Assembly: GCA_963721845.1 (NCBI GenBank)
Contig: CAVRKW010000009.1
Coordinates: forward strand, 232,458-296,457
DNA: 64,000 nt
From: an uncultured Acidobacteriota bacterium
GTDB taxonomy: Bacteria; Acidobacteriota; Terriglobia; Acidiferrales; UBA7541
Direction: 5' to 3'
Position numbers and translations under genes: made by a program. The notes under the pieces were generated by a model, which saw only the letters and a program-made list of their open reading frames with translations, was not told the origin of the DNA and did no database searches. Position 1 is the stretch's first letter. Every line of letters starts with the position of its first letter. Positions 27,931 to 38,475 of this stretch are shown here, piece after piece.

Positions 27931-28197
27931 CTACGCCTTATTCGCGTACCAATCCGAATTGATCGGAGTAAAGTTCTGCCATTTCTCCGGCAGGTCTTCC
28001 AGCGCAAAAATGGCTGTTACCGGGCACACCGGCACGCACGCGCCGCAGTCGATACACTCCGTCGGATGGATGTACAGCTGAGTCTCGGCTTCAAATGCCG
28101 GCTCATCTTTTCGCGGGTGGATGCAATCCACCGGACACACGTCGACGCATGCTGTGTCCTTTGTTCCGATACAGGGTTCTGCGATTACGTAAGCCAT
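27931..28197 (-). CDS. ferredoxin, 7Fe-type (3Fe-4S plus 4Fe-4S)
   Basis: [26 protein letters not shown] ... [16 protein letters not shown], with an AGGAG-like RBS. Confidence 0.9.
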   Translation of the reverse strand: MAYVIAEPCIGTKDTACVDVCPVDCIHPRKDEPAFEAETQLYIHPTECIDCGACVPVCPVTAIFALEDLPEKWQNFTPINSDWYANKA

Positions 28198-28289
28198 TCC
28201 AAGTTCTCCTTCGGGATATTCGCGGCCCCTAACTTCCCAAAACGGTAGCCGAGAGAATTCGCGAATCTACCACCAAACGTTTCGGCGAA

Positions 28290-28880
28290 CAAGTGCGCAC
28301 CAAAGTTGTTCGCGACTCCAATTCCATTATCACCCGCATAGCGCAACTCCGCAACCCCTCGACGCTCCGCACTTTCGCGCCGTCCGCCCCTCAGCGTACT
28401 CTCGCGTGCTCTGCATGTCTCCGGTGCGCTCGCCTCCTAGCTCGGCAAATGATTCTCCCAATAGCCCAAATTTCTCCGTGTTCTCTGCGTCTCTGTGGTG
28501 AGCTCCGGAATTTCCTCATGGTCGCTCGCGCCGGGCGCAGGAAATAAGGCCTCACTCCCTTTGACTCCCATTATCATCTATGGCATGATAACAAGTGGAT
28601 CATCTACCGCCCGAACCCAAAACCTTCGGGCATTTTTCTTTTTCCGGGAGCGCCGATCTCCGCATTGGCGCTTTTGCCGTTGCCTTTGTAGCGCCGGACT
28701 TTACGTCCGGCAGCTTTTGCAGTCGTTGTTGCATTCTCCGGGTGCCCCACGTTTCGTCCGGCCAGTCCGGACGAAACGTGGGACCGTTCCCACAACTAAG
28801 CAGGCGCCTGATAATGTCAAAACGCACCAATTTCCACCGGTTCAAGAACCAGACCAGCTACTCGATGAATCCAGATTTCA
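28290..28880 (+). repeat. non-coding region with REP-like modules
   Basis: ttctccgtgttctctgcgtctctgtggtgagc at 28472-28503. An R4-like module, ccgggagcgccgatctccgcattggcgc, at about 28642. A perfect 16-bp-stem hairpin, cccacgtttcgtccgg-ccag-ccggacgaaacgtggg, at about 28745-28780 (related to R1). Confidence 0.8.
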
Positions 28881-29050
28881 CCAAAAAACACCCCCAAAAT
28901 GACCATAACTCCTTTAGAATGAACAACTTTTTAGTAATAGTACTAGGTAACCCCTGTAGTATCATCACTTTACAAAAACAACCTCCAGGGTATCTCATGC
29001 GGTTTAGACAACTCCGTAGCGGAGATAAACTCTTTTATATGAGTAGTTTA
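28880..29050 (+). repeat. dispersed AT-rich element, copy B (5' of CDS 29115)
   Basis: My hand alignment to copy A gives roughly 85-90% identity over ~90 nt (ccccaaaatgacc...agaatgaacaactttttagtaatagtactag...atcatcactttacaaaaacaa), with weaker similarity further 3'. Confidence 0.8.
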
Positions 29051-29114
29051 AGAAGAATAAATTCAGCTGGCACGACCTGCTAAGTATGGTTCGCGACACT
29101 TTCGATTCATCACC

Positions 29115-29783
29115 ATGCACATCCACTTTCCAGCCCCACCACTTGCTTCCCACGGCGCTCTGACTAAAATGCTTGCGATGCCAAAACACTCCCCGCGAAA
29201 CGCGAAATACCCCACGGGCCTCGCGCGGCTGGTGGTAGCCGTCACCGGCCTCGCCGCACTTGCCTGGCTCGCGTTGGCTTTACCGGCGGCACACGGCCAG
29301 CAGAAAGCCCCCAGCTCCCAGCAGGCCGCCAAGGCCGTCTCCGACCCTGTGGTGATTGATCTTGAGGGTTTTCATAAGATACTGGCGGACCATCGCGGCT
29401 CGCCGCTCGTCATCACGATATGGGCCACGTGGTGCGAACCTTGCCGCGACGAGTATCCGATGATCAATCAAATCGCGCAGCAATTCGCTTCGCAACACGT
29501 CACCGTTGTCGGCATTAGTTTCGATCAAGATGCGGAGATGAATCTCGTCCGCCATTTTCTTGCGCGCAATCAACCGGTCTTCACAAACTATCGTAAGAAG
29601 ATGGGCCATCAGGACGAATTCGATCACGGCGTAGATCCGAATTGGCCCGGCGAATTGCCTGTAAACTTTTTCTACGCGGCCGATGGAAAACTTGTCGCCC
29701 GGCTTGATGGTTCGCAGCCGCGCCAGGTTTACGAAAATGCCGTGCGCGCAACGATCGCGGCCGGCGGTTCATCTCATCGCTGA
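29115..29783 (+). CDS. TlpA/ResA-like thiol-disulfide oxidoreductase (thioredoxin fold), exported
   Basis: ITIWATWCEPCRDEYP CxxC motif. A signal/anchor segment LVVAVTGLAALAWLALALPAAHG. Start uncertain (29115, or the downstream in-frame Met codons at 29145 or 29154). Confidence 0.8.
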   Translation: MHIHFPAPPLASHGALTKMLAMPKHSPRNAKYPTGLARLVVAVTGLAALAWLALALPAAHGQQKAPSSQQAAKAVSDPVVIDLEGFHKILADHRGSPLVITIWATWCEPCRDEYPMINQIAQQFASQHVTVVGISFDQDAEMNLVRHFLARNQPVFTNYRKKMGHQDEFDHGVDPNWPGELPVNFFYAADGKLVARLDGSQPRQVYENAVRATIAAGGSSHR

Positions 29784-29814
29784 AATAAAATTCTCGCGCT
29801 GACCTTTTTGAAAT

Positions 29815-30549
29815 TTGCGCGAACCGGAGACGACCTTGCTCAGCACTCACGGAAATAAAATTACTTTTCTCGGCCATGCCACATTCAAGATCACCACAAT
29901 GCAGGGCAAGGTTTTGCTGATCGATCCGTGGATTTTCACCAATCCGTATTGTCCTGATTCGCAAAAGCAACTTGACCGCGTGGATTGGATCCTGCTCACT
30001 CACGGTCACGGAGATCATCTCGGCGATTTGATCGAAATCGCGAAGAAACATAATCCTCAGGTCGTCTGTGTCATCGAAACCGGAATCTGGCTGGAATCCA
30101 AGGGCGTGAAAAATGTAATTGGGATGGGCAAGGGCGGCACGCAGAAACTTGGCGAAATTGAAGCGACCTTCGTTCACGCAGTGCACTCCAACGGAATTCA
30201 AGACGGTGACCGCATCGTTTACGGAGGCGAGCCCGGCGGATTTGTCGTGCATTTGCCCGGGGGGCTAACGCTCTATCATGCGGGCGACACCTGCGCGTTC
30301 GGCGATATGAAATTGATCGCGGAACTCGACAAACCAGACATCGTTTGTCTTCCGATCGGTGATCACTACACAATGGGCCCGCGCGAAGCTGCTGTCGCTA
30401 TGCGTCTTCTCGGTGTGCGTCATGTGATTCCCATGCACTACGGCACTTTTCCGGTGCTCTCAGGCACCGTCGAAGAATTTCGCGGTGCAACACAAGACAT
30501 CAAGGATCTCGAAATACACGCTTTGAAACCGGGCGAGTCGCTAGGATAA
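29815..30549 (+). CDS. metallo-beta-lactamase-fold hydrolase (UPF0173-like)
   Basis: ITFLGHATF...LLTHGHGDHLGD...HAGDT pattern. TTG start uncertain. Confidence 0.8.
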   Translation: MREPETTLLSTHGNKITFLGHATFKITTMQGKVLLIDPWIFTNPYCPDSQKQLDRVDWILLTHGHGDHLGDLIEIAKKHNPQVVCVIETGIWLESKGVKNVIGMGKGGTQKLGEIEATFVHAVHSNGIQDGDRIVYGGEPGGFVVHLPGGLTLYHAGDTCAFGDMKLIAELDKPDIVCLPIGDHYTMGPREAAVAMRLLGVRHVIPMHYGTFPVLSGTVEEFRGATQDIKDLEIHALKPGESLG

Positions 30550-30554
30550 ACGCC

Positions 30555-31181
30555 ATGAAAATCGTTACGCCAGCCGTCGACAAATACATTTATTCGCTGC
30601 TTCCAAAACGCGATCCAATCCTCGCGGAAATGGAAGCGCATGCGAAGCGCCACGATGTGCCGATCGTCGGCCCCGCAGTCGGCCGCCTTCTCGCGTTTCT
30701 CGTAACGATGACGGGCGCCAAGCGAATTTTCGAAATGGGATCGGCGATCGGCTATTCCACGCTGTGGTTGGCGCGGGCAGCCGGCCCTGGCGCTGAAATT
30801 TTTTACACTGACGGAAATCCGGAAAATGCGAAACGCGCGCAAGCTTCATTCGAACGCGCTGGAGTTGCCGATCGGATTCACGTGCAAGTCGGCAACGCTC
30901 TCGATCTTCTGAAAAAAGAGCCGGGCGAATTCGACATTATTTTCAACGACGTGGATAAGCATTATTATCCCGACGTTTTTCATCTGGCCGTGCCGCGCGT
31001 CCGCTCCGGCGGTCTTTTCATCACAGACAACTCGCTCTGGTCGGGCCGCGTAATTAAAAAATCTACAAACGCCGACACACGCGGCGTCCAGAAATTTAAT
31101 AAATTGGTGTACGAATCGAAAGATTTGTATCCGGTGATCGTACCGCTGCGCGACGGTGTAATGGTCTGCAGAAAATCCTAA
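30555..31181 (+). CDS. class I SAM-dependent O-methyltransferase (caffeoyl-CoA OMT / YrrM-like)
   Basis: RIFEMGSAIGYST SAM-binding motif, FDIIFNDVDK, ~208 aa. Confidence 0.8.
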   Translation: MKIVTPAVDKYIYSLLPKRDPILAEMEAHAKRHDVPIVGPAVGRLLAFLVTMTGAKRIFEMGSAIGYSTLWLARAAGPGAEIFYTDGNPENAKRAQASFERAGVADRIHVQVGNALDLLKKEPGEFDIIFNDVDKHYYPDVFHLAVPRVRSGGLFITDNSLWSGRVIKKSTNADTRGVQKFNKLVYESKDLYPVIVPLRDGVMVCRKS

Positions 31182-31184
31182 GTG

Positions 31185-31205
31185 GCACAGGCTCTCAGCC
31201 TGTGC
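31185..31205. terminator. hairpin between convergent genes (possible terminator)
   Basis: gcacaggct-ctc-agcctgtgc gives a 9-bp stem. It is followed by gcccttatttg, a weak U-tract. Confidence 0.4.
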
Positions 31206-31239
31206 GCCCTTATTTGTTCGTATTCTTGTTTTCCGGAAA

Positions 31240-32151
31240 TTACGACCGAAAGAAATTCTTCACAAAAAATAATACGTTCGCCGGCCGTTCGGCCAGCCGC
31301 CGCATGAAATACGGAAACCAGTCGCGCCCGTATGGAATGTACACGCGCATCCGGTAGCCTTCGCGCACAAGTTGCGCCTGCAAATCGGTGCGGATTCCGT
31401 AGAGCATTTGAAATTCAAACGAGTCGCGCGAAATTTTATTTTCAGCGACGAATTGTTTTGTCGCGTCGATCATTTTCGGATCGTGCGTAGCGATTCCGTG
31501 GTACACGCCGCTCGGAAGAATTTGCTTCATCAGCCGCACATAATTTGCATCGACATCTGATTTTGCGGGGAACGCGATTTCAGCTGGCTCTTTGTAAGCA
31601 CCTTTGCAGAGTCGCAACCTGCAACCAGCGGCTAGCAGCGGGCCAACGTCGTCGCCAGTGCGGCGAAGATATGCTTGCACCACGACTCCGACAGCGCTTG
31701 TCTTTCCGCGGACTCGCTTCACCAGATTAATGGTGCGCTCGGTGTACGCGGAGCCTTCCATATCCACGCGCGCGAAATTTTTCAGTTCAGTGGCGCGCGA
31801 GACGATCGATTCCAAAAGTTCTTGTGCGAGATCGTCGCTCAAATCGAGACCGAGCTGCGTCAGCTTCATCGAAACGTTTGCATCGAGTTTTTCAGATGCG
31901 ATGCGATCGAAAATCTCCAGGTACGCGTCGCGCGCCAGCCGCGCTTCGTCAGCATTCGTCACGCTTTCGCCGAGCAGATCGAGGCTCACCATCATTCCGT
32001 TTTGATTGCATACGCGCGCCGCGGCGACGGCTTGATCGAGGTTATCGCCAGCGACGAATCGTTCCGCCATGCGGCGCGTGGATTTGTGCGAGGTGACCCA
32101 CCGCGCCATTCCAGGGCTGTTTGAGAGTTTGAGAAAAATCGAGCGCATCAT
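31240..32151 (-). CDS. proline dehydrogenase
   Basis: Monofunctional PRODH pattern: ...LDLLGE...VVQAYLRR...LCKGAY...RVYIPYGRDWFPYFMRRLAERPANV. Confidence 0.85.
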   Translation of the reverse strand: MMRSIFLKLSNSPGMARWVTSHKSTRRMAERFVAGDNLDQAVAAARVCNQNGMMVSLDLLGESVTNADEARLARDAYLEIFDRIASEKLDANVSMKLTQLGLDLSDDLAQELLESIVSRATELKNFARVDMEGSAYTERTINLVKRVRGKTSAVGVVVQAYLRRTGDDVGPLLAAGCRLRLCKGAYKEPAEIAFPAKSDVDANYVRLMKQILPSGVYHGIATHDPKMIDATKQFVAENKISRDSFEFQMLYGIRTDLQAQLVREGYRMRVYIPYGRDWFPYFMRRLAERPANVLFFVKNFFRS

Positions 32152-32235
32152 CGGGGAAGTCCTATACGAATGCGCTGCGGAAATAAAGGATGGTCTGAAA
32201 TGTTCGCGCGCCGATTGCGGGATGGGCTTCCACTT

Positions 32236-33176
32236 TTAATGCTCGCGCTCCAGAAATCTTTCGGCGTCAATCGCAGCCATGCAGCCCGAGCCTGCGGCGG
32301 TTACGGCCTGCCGGTAAACGATATCCTGCACGTCGCCGGCGGCGAATACGCCTTCCACGCTCGTCTTCGTTCCGCCATGCGTGATGATGTAACCAGCTTT
32401 GTCCAATTCAACTTGTCCGGCAAAGGGTTTCGTATTCGGATCGTGTCCAATCGCCACAAAGGCGCCGTGCACCGGAATCGTTCGCTTTCCGGAGCCATTC
32501 GCTTCGCGCACCACGATTCCTTCCACAGCGCCCTTGCTCGGGTCGAGCACTTCTTCAATGACGTAGGGGGTCAAGAATTCAACTTTCGGATTCGCGCGCG
32601 CGCGATCGATCATGATTTTCGACGCGCGGAAATCGTCGCGCCGGTGGACCAGCGTCACCTTGCTTGCAAAGCGCGTCAGAAAATTCGCCTCTTCCATCGC
32701 GGTATCGCCGCCGCCGATCACCGCGATCTCTTTGCCGCGGAAAAAATATCCGTCGCACGTGGCGCAAGTCGAGACTCCGTGCCCCATCAATTTTCTTTCG
32801 GACTCAAGCCCCAGCATTCGCGCCGATGCGCCAGAGGCAATGATCAGCGCGCGGCATTCGTAATTTTCAGTTTCCCGCAGTGAGCTGGAAAGGACGCTTG
32901 CTCAAATCCACTTTCGAAATCGCGCCACTTTTGAACTCGGCGCCAAAACGCTGCGCCTGTTTGCGCATATTCTCGATGAGCTCGGGACCCAGAATTCCGT
33001 CCGGGAAATCCGGGATAATTTTCGACGTGCGTGGTCAAGGTAAGCTGGCCACCGGGTTCGTAGCCATCAATCACCAATGGCTTCATGTTAGCCCGCGCGG
33101 TGTAAATCGCGGCCGTGAGTCCCGCGCACCCGCTTCCGATTACGATGACGTCTTGCAATCTATCCTCCGCGCACAC
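32236..33176 (-). pseudogene. trxB: thioredoxin-disulfide reductase, interrupted by two +1 frameshifts (near 33000 and near 32875)
   Basis: Frame A: [28 protein letters not shown]...ENYPGFP. Frame B: [43 protein letters not shown]. Frame C: [22 protein letters not shown]...[10 protein letters not shown] (redox CxxC)...GDVQD. Both junctions look like an extra G (cccGgac and gcgGgaa). Confidence 0.9.
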
Positions 33177-33346
33177 GCGCCCGCCGTATCAGTGCACCAA
33201 CTATAGATTCAATGCTGAGCGAAGAAGATTCATTCTAACATCCCGGCGCGAGACGCAAAGCGATGAAAAATCTTGCGAAGAATTCAGGGTTGCGCCCGAG
33301 GTTGTGGTAATTTTAGATTTCCACAAAGCGTGGAGGAGCGATTCGT

Positions 33347-33871
33347 ATGACTGATCCCAGATTTCCAGTTGGAAAGCTTAATCGCAAAGGTCCGCTTTCG
33401 CCCGAAGATCGTGCGAGCATGATCGAAAGTCTCACTGCCGCACCCGAAAACTTTCGCAATGCTGTTATGGGACTAAATGGCGCGCAACTCGACACGCCCT
33501 ATCGCGAAGGCGGATGGACTGTCCGCCAGGTAATCCATCACGTCGCCGACAGCCACATGAATTCGTACGTGCGATTTCGTCTCGCGCTCACCGAAAACGA
33601 GCCGACGATTAAGGCGTACGACGAGAAACTTTGGGCGGAACTTCCCGATGCGCGTACCGCGCCGGTGGAAATTTCTCTCGCGATGATTGAGGCACTCCAT
33701 CGCCGCTGGGTGCTGCTGCTGAAATCTTTTGGCCCCGCGGATTTCGCGCGCACCGTCCGCCATCCAGTGAACGGGACGATGACTCTAGATGATGCGCTCG
33801 CTCTTTACGAATGGCACGGACGCCATCACACCGCGCATATTACGGCGTTGCGCGCCGCGCGGAACTGGTAG
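33347..33871 (+). CDS. DinB/YfiT-like metal-dependent protein
   Basis: GGWTVRQVIHHVADSHMN...WHGRHHTAHI three-His pattern of the YfiT/DinB_2 family. Confidence 0.75.
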   Translation: MTDPRFPVGKLNRKGPLSPEDRASMIESLTAAPENFRNAVMGLNGAQLDTPYREGGWTVRQVIHHVADSHMNSYVRFRLALTENEPTIKAYDEKLWAELPDARTAPVEISLAMIEALHRRWVLLLKSFGPADFARTVRHPVNGTMTLDDALALYEWHGRHHTAHITALRAARNW

Positions 33872-33982
33872 CCGCAGAGCTCCCGAGTACGAATGTTTGC
33901 TTCCCCCCGCGCGCTGCGGGATAATCTGCGCTCGCTGCGTGTTAACAGCCTCCGCGCGCAAGTGAATAGGAGAAAATAACGC

Positions 33983-34507
33983 ATGGCTCGTGATCCCGGT
34001 CTCTATGCCATTTTTGAAACTTCGCAGGGCGACATCGTCTGCAAGCTTTTCGAGAAAGAAACTCCGAAGACTGTCGCGAATTTCGTCGGCTTGGCCGAAG
34101 GCTCCAAGGAATTCGCGGATCCGAAGACTTCACAAAAGACCAAGCGCCCATTTTTCGACGGGCTCACTTTTCACCGTGTAATTCCGAATTTCATGATTCA
34201 GGGCGGATGCCCGCTCGGCACCGGAACCGGCAGCCCCGGATACCGATTCGAGGATGAATTTCACAAGTCGCTTCGCCACGACAAGCCCGGCAAATTGAGC
34301 ATGGCGAATTCCGGGCCGAATACAAACGGCAGCCAGTTTTTTATTACTGTCGCTGCGACTCCGTGGCTCGACAACAAGCATTCGATTTTTGGTGAGATTG
34401 TGGAAGGCCAGGATATCGCGACGAAAATTTCCGAAGTGGCGCGCGATTCGGGCGACCGTCCTCGAACTCCCGTGATGCTCAAGCACCTGCGTATCGAGCG
34501 CGTCTAA
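33983..34507 (+). CDS. ppiB: peptidyl-prolyl cis-trans isomerase, cyclophilin type
   Basis: [15 protein letters not shown]...[17 protein letters not shown]...HSIFGE. Confidence 0.93.
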   Translation: MARDPGLYAIFETSQGDIVCKLFEKETPKTVANFVGLAEGSKEFADPKTSQKTKRPFFDGLTFHRVIPNFMIQGGCPLGTGTGSPGYRFEDEFHKSLRHDKPGKLSMANSGPNTNGSQFFITVAATPWLDNKHSIFGEIVEGQDIATKISEVARDSGDRPRTPVMLKHLRIERV

Positions 34508-34512
34508 AACTC

Positions 34513-34896
34513 ATGCAGGGCCCGCAAAATATTTTCCGGGTGTTCAACGAAATGGTTTTCATTTTGCTCGGGGGAATGCTCGTGTGGATTGCGAGCACGG
34601 GCCATTATTTTTTCAATCCGCGCAGCATGAGATGGTATTTGCTTTCGGGTCTCGCGATTCTTTTCGGCTTGATGTCTTTGATCACGCGAAGCGACGAACC
34701 CACCCGGTCCGCGGCGTATGTGCGAGGCGGCTCGCTGATTCTTGTTGGACTCGTGATGTTCAGCATGGGCTGGGCCTCGTACCGCCAGGTCGTATGGCTT
34801 TTGATGTTCGCGGGAATTGTGCTGGTGTTGCGCGGCGTGGTTGGATCGGTGATGACACTCAAACTATCGTCACGTTCCGGAATTGCGGCGAGGTAG
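34513..34896 (+). CDS. hypothetical integral membrane protein (about 4 TM)
   Basis: Hydrophobic segments throughout. Tightly spaced after ppiB. Confidence 0.55.
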   Translation: MQGPQNIFRVFNEMVFILLGGMLVWIASTGHYFFNPRSMRWYLLSGLAILFGLMSLITRSDEPTRSAAYVRGGSLILVGLVMFSMGWASYRQVVWLLMFAGIVLVLRGVVGSVMTLKLSSRSGIAAR

Positions 34897-34899
34897 TCC

Positions 34900-35377
34900 A
34901 TGGACGCCAACGAAAAAAAACGCGCGTTGCGCATGGTCACCTATGGGCTGTACATCGCGACGTCGCGAGGCGCTGACGGAATTGCAGCGGGAACGATCAA
35001 TTGGGTGACGCAATCTTCGTTTGAGCCACCGCTGGTGATGGCGGCGATAAAGCGCGAGTCTTCGTTTGCACCGGGCCATCGAAACCGGGAACGTGTTCGC
35101 GATCCACATTGTTGGCAAAGCTCAGAAAGATGTCGCGATCAGTTTCTTCAAGGGCGGCGTGTTGGAAGGCGAGAAGCTAAACGGCTATCGGTGCCGCGTT
35201 GGAGAAACGGGATCGCCGATTTTGCTGGAAGCGCCTGGATATTTCGAATGCCGCGTCACGGATTCCGTGAGACGCGGAGACCACACCATTTTTGTCGGCG
35301 AAGTTGTTGCCGCGGGCACCCATGGCACCGACGAGCCGCTGACGCTTCGAGAAGCTGGTTTCAATTACGCTGGCTAA
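34900..35377 (+). pseudogene. flavin reductase-like FMN-binding protein, with a +1 frameshift near 35060
   Basis: Frame 1: [54 protein letters not shown]. Frame 2 (listed ORF 35066..35377): [19 protein letters not shown]...[11 protein letters not shown]. The junction tcTtcg suggests an extra T. Confidence 0.8.
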
Positions 35378-35415
35378 GTGCTACAACTCTCCTCACACTT
35401 CTCAAGGAGGCGCAC

Positions 35416-35856
35416 ATGTTCAAAGAGTTCAAAGAATTCGCGATGCGCGGCAACGTGCTGGATATGGCCGTCGGTATCATTATCGGCGCGGCTTTTGGGG
35501 CGATTGTAACTTCACTGGTGGGCGATATTCTGATGCCGCCGCTGGGCAAGCTGATCGGTCACATGGATTTCAGCAACATGTTTTATGCGCTGGATGGCGG
35601 GTCGTACGCGACGATTGCGGCAGCAAAAGCTGCGGGCGCGGCGACCATCAACTACGGACTTTTCATCAACACGGTGATCAATTTTCTGATCGTCGCGTTC
35701 GCGATTTTTATTTTGATCCGGCAAGTAAATCGCTGGACCACAAAGCCCGCGCCTGCAGCAGCGCCGACGACAAAGACCTGCCAATTTTGCCAATCGGAAA
35801 TCCCGATCAAGGCTATTCGCTGCGGGCATTGCACATCGCAGCTGCAGGGTGCTTGA
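35416..35856 (+). CDS. mscL: large-conductance mechanosensitive channel with C-terminal CxxC...CxxC tail
   Basis: [37 protein letters not shown]...GDILMPPLG. The tail is [24 protein letters not shown]. Confidence 0.92.
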   Translation: MFKEFKEFAMRGNVLDMAVGIIIGAAFGAIVTSLVGDILMPPLGKLIGHMDFSNMFYALDGGSYATIAAAKAAGAATINYGLFINTVINFLIVAFAIFILIRQVNRWTTKPAPAAAPTTKTCQFCQSEIPIKAIRCGHCTSQLQGA

Positions 35857-35945
35857 AATCGAGGGAATTGGATAGTGTTGCGCCGGGGTCGAGATGTTGA
35901 ACCGGTTGGGATTCGTGCGTTTTTACATTTTAGGCAGACCGCTTA

Positions 35946-36269
35946 GTGATGATGACGGTCCCACATATCGCCGGGACTGGCCCGGCGATAGCGATGCTCG
36001 CTGTTTCTAATTTTCCAGTTCAGTTCCTCATTCCGATGGCATTTGCAGTTTCTGCGAATGTGTTTCATATCCTAATGGTTGTAAGAGTGGGGAGAGTGAA
36101 TCGGAATGTTTGGCGACCTTGGAAAATAATTGATCAGCTTACGGTGTATCAACAATATATCGAACTTGCCCCAGGCAGGGGCTGGCCCCGGTGGTTACCG
36201 TATGGGGTTTGGATTTGCGCCGCGGGGATGTTTGTTTCCGCGACTTGGGTGGCGATTCGATTGCGTTAG
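35946..36269 (+). CDS. hypothetical small membrane protein
   Basis: 107-aa ORF with 3 hydrophobic segments and a GTG start. Weak support. Confidence 0.35.
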   Translation: MMMTVPHIAGTGPAIAMLAVSNFPVQFLIPMAFAVSANVFHILMVVRVGRVNRNVWRPWKIIDQLTVYQQYIELAPGRGWPRWLPYGVWICAAGMFVSATWVAIRLR

Positions 36270-36293
36270 AAGGGGGCGCGGATTTCGATCCCC

Positions 36294-37427
36294 TTAACCG
36301 GTGAGGGCGCCGGCGCTGCCTGCTGGAAGATCGATAGAATATTTCGTGCGAGTTTTTTCTTTGTGCGCTTCGAGTGCGAACTCAATTAATTTGGTGATCA
36401 GTTCGCGGTAGGGAATTCCGCTGGCTTCCCACATTTTCGGATACATGCTGATGGAAGTGAAACCGGGAATCGTGTTGATCTCGTTTAGATAAACGCGGCC
36501 GGTTCGCTTTTCCAGAAAGAAATCTACGCGGGCCATTCCGGCGCAATCCAGAACGCGAAATGCTCGCACCGCGAGTTCCTGAAACTTTTTTACCTGTGTG
36601 CGCGATAGCGGAGCGGGAATCAGAAGCTTGGTTCCGTCTTCGAGATACTTGGCGGCGTAATCGTAAAATTCGCGGTGCGGAACAATTTCTCCGGGGATGG
36701 AAGCTTTCGGTTGGTCGTTGCCGAGCACCGCGACTTCGATTTCGCGGCCATTCACACCGCGCTCGACAATTATTTTTGTAGCGTATTCTGCTGCGGTATC
36801 GATTCCGCCGCGCAATTCTTTTTTGTTGTGAACTTTCGTCATACCCACGGACGAGCCCAGGCACGCGGGCTTTACGAAAATCGGAAATTTGAGTTTCTTG
36901 GCGATGAGTTTCAGAATCGTGTCCGGCGATCGTTCCCATTCCGTGCGCAGAAAAGACACGAATTCAACCGTCGGCAGTTTTGCTTCGCGGAATAATCGCT
37001 TCTGCACATCTTTGTCCATGCCGACTGCCGAGCCCAAAACGCCGGCGCCGACATACGGGAATCCCGCGAGTTCGAGTAATCCCTGCACGGTACCGTCTTC
37101 GCCATACGTGCCGTGCATGACGGGGAATACGACATCAACGCGCGTCGCGGTGTCTGATGATTTATCGAGAGGCACGAGCGCCGCGACATTCGGATCGGCA
37201 CTTAACATCACTGATTGCCCGTTCTTCAGAATTTCGGGCAGCATTTTCTGCGCGGGTGTTCTGGTGAGCCATCGGCCTTCTTTTGTAATTCCGATGGGCA
37301 CGGCTTCATATTTTTCGGGATCGAGCGCGCGAATCACGGATGCGGCTGAGGTGAGCGACACTTCGTGTTCGCCCGAACGTCCGCCGTACAACACGCCGAC
37401 GCGTAGTTTCTTTTGTGACTTCTCCAT
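36294..37427 (-). CDS. ddl: D-alanine--D-alanine ligase
   Basis: [21 protein letters not shown]...ATP-grasp...[10 protein letters not shown]. Start set at MEKSQKK (37427) so it does not overlap the arginase gene. Confidence 0.93.
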   Translation of the reverse strand: MEKSQKKLRVGVLYGGRSGEHEVSLTSAASVIRALDPEKYEAVPIGITKEGRWLTRTPAQKMLPEILKNGQSVMLSADPNVAALVPLDKSSDTATRVDVVFPVMHGTYGEDGTVQGLLELAGFPYVGAGVLGSAVGMDKDVQKRLFREAKLPTVEFVSFLRTEWERSPDTILKLIAKKLKFPIFVKPACLGSSVGMTKVHNKKELRGGIDTAAEYATKIIVERGVNGREIEVAVLGNDQPKASIPGEIVPHREFYDYAAKYLEDGTKLLIPAPLSRTQVKKFQELAVRAFRVLDCAGMARVDFFLEKRTGRVYLNEINTIPGFTSISMYPKMWEASGIPYRELITKLIEFALEAHKEKTRTKYSIDLPAGSAGALTG

Positions 37428-37479
37428 GGCTGAGAAATTTCCTTCTATGGATTCCGATAAGTGTTCGCTACGCGATCCG

Positions 37480-38391
37480 CTACAGGATCTTTTTTCCGAG
37501 TCCCGAGCAGACCATTTCCACGCCAAGCAGCGCGGTCTTGTTGTGGAGATCGATCACGGGATTAATTTCCACCACTTCGAGAGAAACCATCGCTTCGCTA
37601 TCGGCGATCATTTCCATCGCCAGATGCCCCTCGCGATAGGTGACGCCGCCGCGGACTGGTGTGCCAACTCCGGGCGCATCGCTGGGCTCGACGAAATCCA
37701 TGTCGAGGCTCACGGCGACGCCCGCGGTGTCGTCGGACGCAAATCGCAGAGCTTCTGTCATCACTTCGCGCATGCCGCGTTCATCGATATCGCGCATGGT
37801 GAAAACGTGTACGCCGGATTCTTTCATCAGGCGGCGCTCGCGCGCATCGAGATCGCGGATGCCGACCATCGAGACGTTTCGCGGCTCAATCTTCGGATGG
37901 AAACCGAGGAGATCCACAAGTTCCGGTGCGCCATACCCGGTGAGCGACGCGAGCGGCATTCCGTGGACGTTTCCCGATGGCGAACTATCGGGTGTATTCA
38001 TATCGCCATGCGCGTCAAGCCAAATTAGTCCCGCGCGCTTCGATTGTTTGCGAAAGAAAGATGAGACTCCGCTGACCGAGCCGATCGCAATCGAGTGGTC
38101 GCCGCCAAGCACCAGCGGCACGTATCCATCGGTGAGCGCTTTCTCCGTCATTTCCGCGAGGCCGCGGCAGGTCTCGGCAATTTCGTTCAGATATTTCGCG
38201 CGCTTTTCGCCGTAGGGCTGCTCTTCCGGCTGCTTCACCGGAATGTTTCCGATGTCGTCCACCTGATGGTTGAGCTGCTTCAAGCGCTGCAGCAAACCCG
38301 CGACGCGCAGCGCCGAAGGGCCCATGTCAACGCCGCGACGGCTCTGCCCAAGATCCATCGGCACGCCAATAATGCGAATTTTTTCTGCCAT
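37480..38391 (-). CDS. arginase (ureohydrolase family)
   Basis: Mn-binding motifs GGDHSIAIG, WLDAHGDMNTP, SLDMDFVEPSDAPG. Specificity among arginase, agmatinase and formiminoglutamase was not resolved. Confidence 0.85.
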   Translation of the reverse strand: MAEKIRIIGVPMDLGQSRRGVDMGPSALRVAGLLQRLKQLNHQVDDIGNIPVKQPEEQPYGEKRAKYLNEIAETCRGLAEMTEKALTDGYVPLVLGGDHSIAIGSVSGVSSFFRKQSKRAGLIWLDAHGDMNTPDSSPSGNVHGMPLASLTGYGAPELVDLLGFHPKIEPRNVSMVGIRDLDARERRLMKESGVHVFTMRDIDERGMREVMTEALRFASDDTAGVAVSLDMDFVEPSDAPGVGTPVRGGVTYREGHLAMEMIADSEAMVSLEVVEINPVIDLHNKTALLGVEMVCSGLGKKIL

Positions 38392-38475
38392 AGTAGTAAC
38401 CGAACGATTTCAATTTCGATTTCGAAGGCCGAAACGAGGGCCCCGGGATCGCCGCTCCCACGCGCGGCACGAACT

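Noticed and set aside
34900-35856. A 318-aa ORF that appears to fuse a flavin reductase N-terminus to MscL.
   Set aside because: The middle ~115 aa are Arg/Cys-rich nonsense from an out-of-frame read-through after the frameshift near 35060. MscL has its own AGGAGG RBS and an ATG at 35416.
36889-38028. A 379-aa + strand ORF spanning ddl and the arginase gene.
   Set aside because: It is antisense to two well-supported - strand genes and has a low-complexity Ser/Pro/Thr-rich translation.
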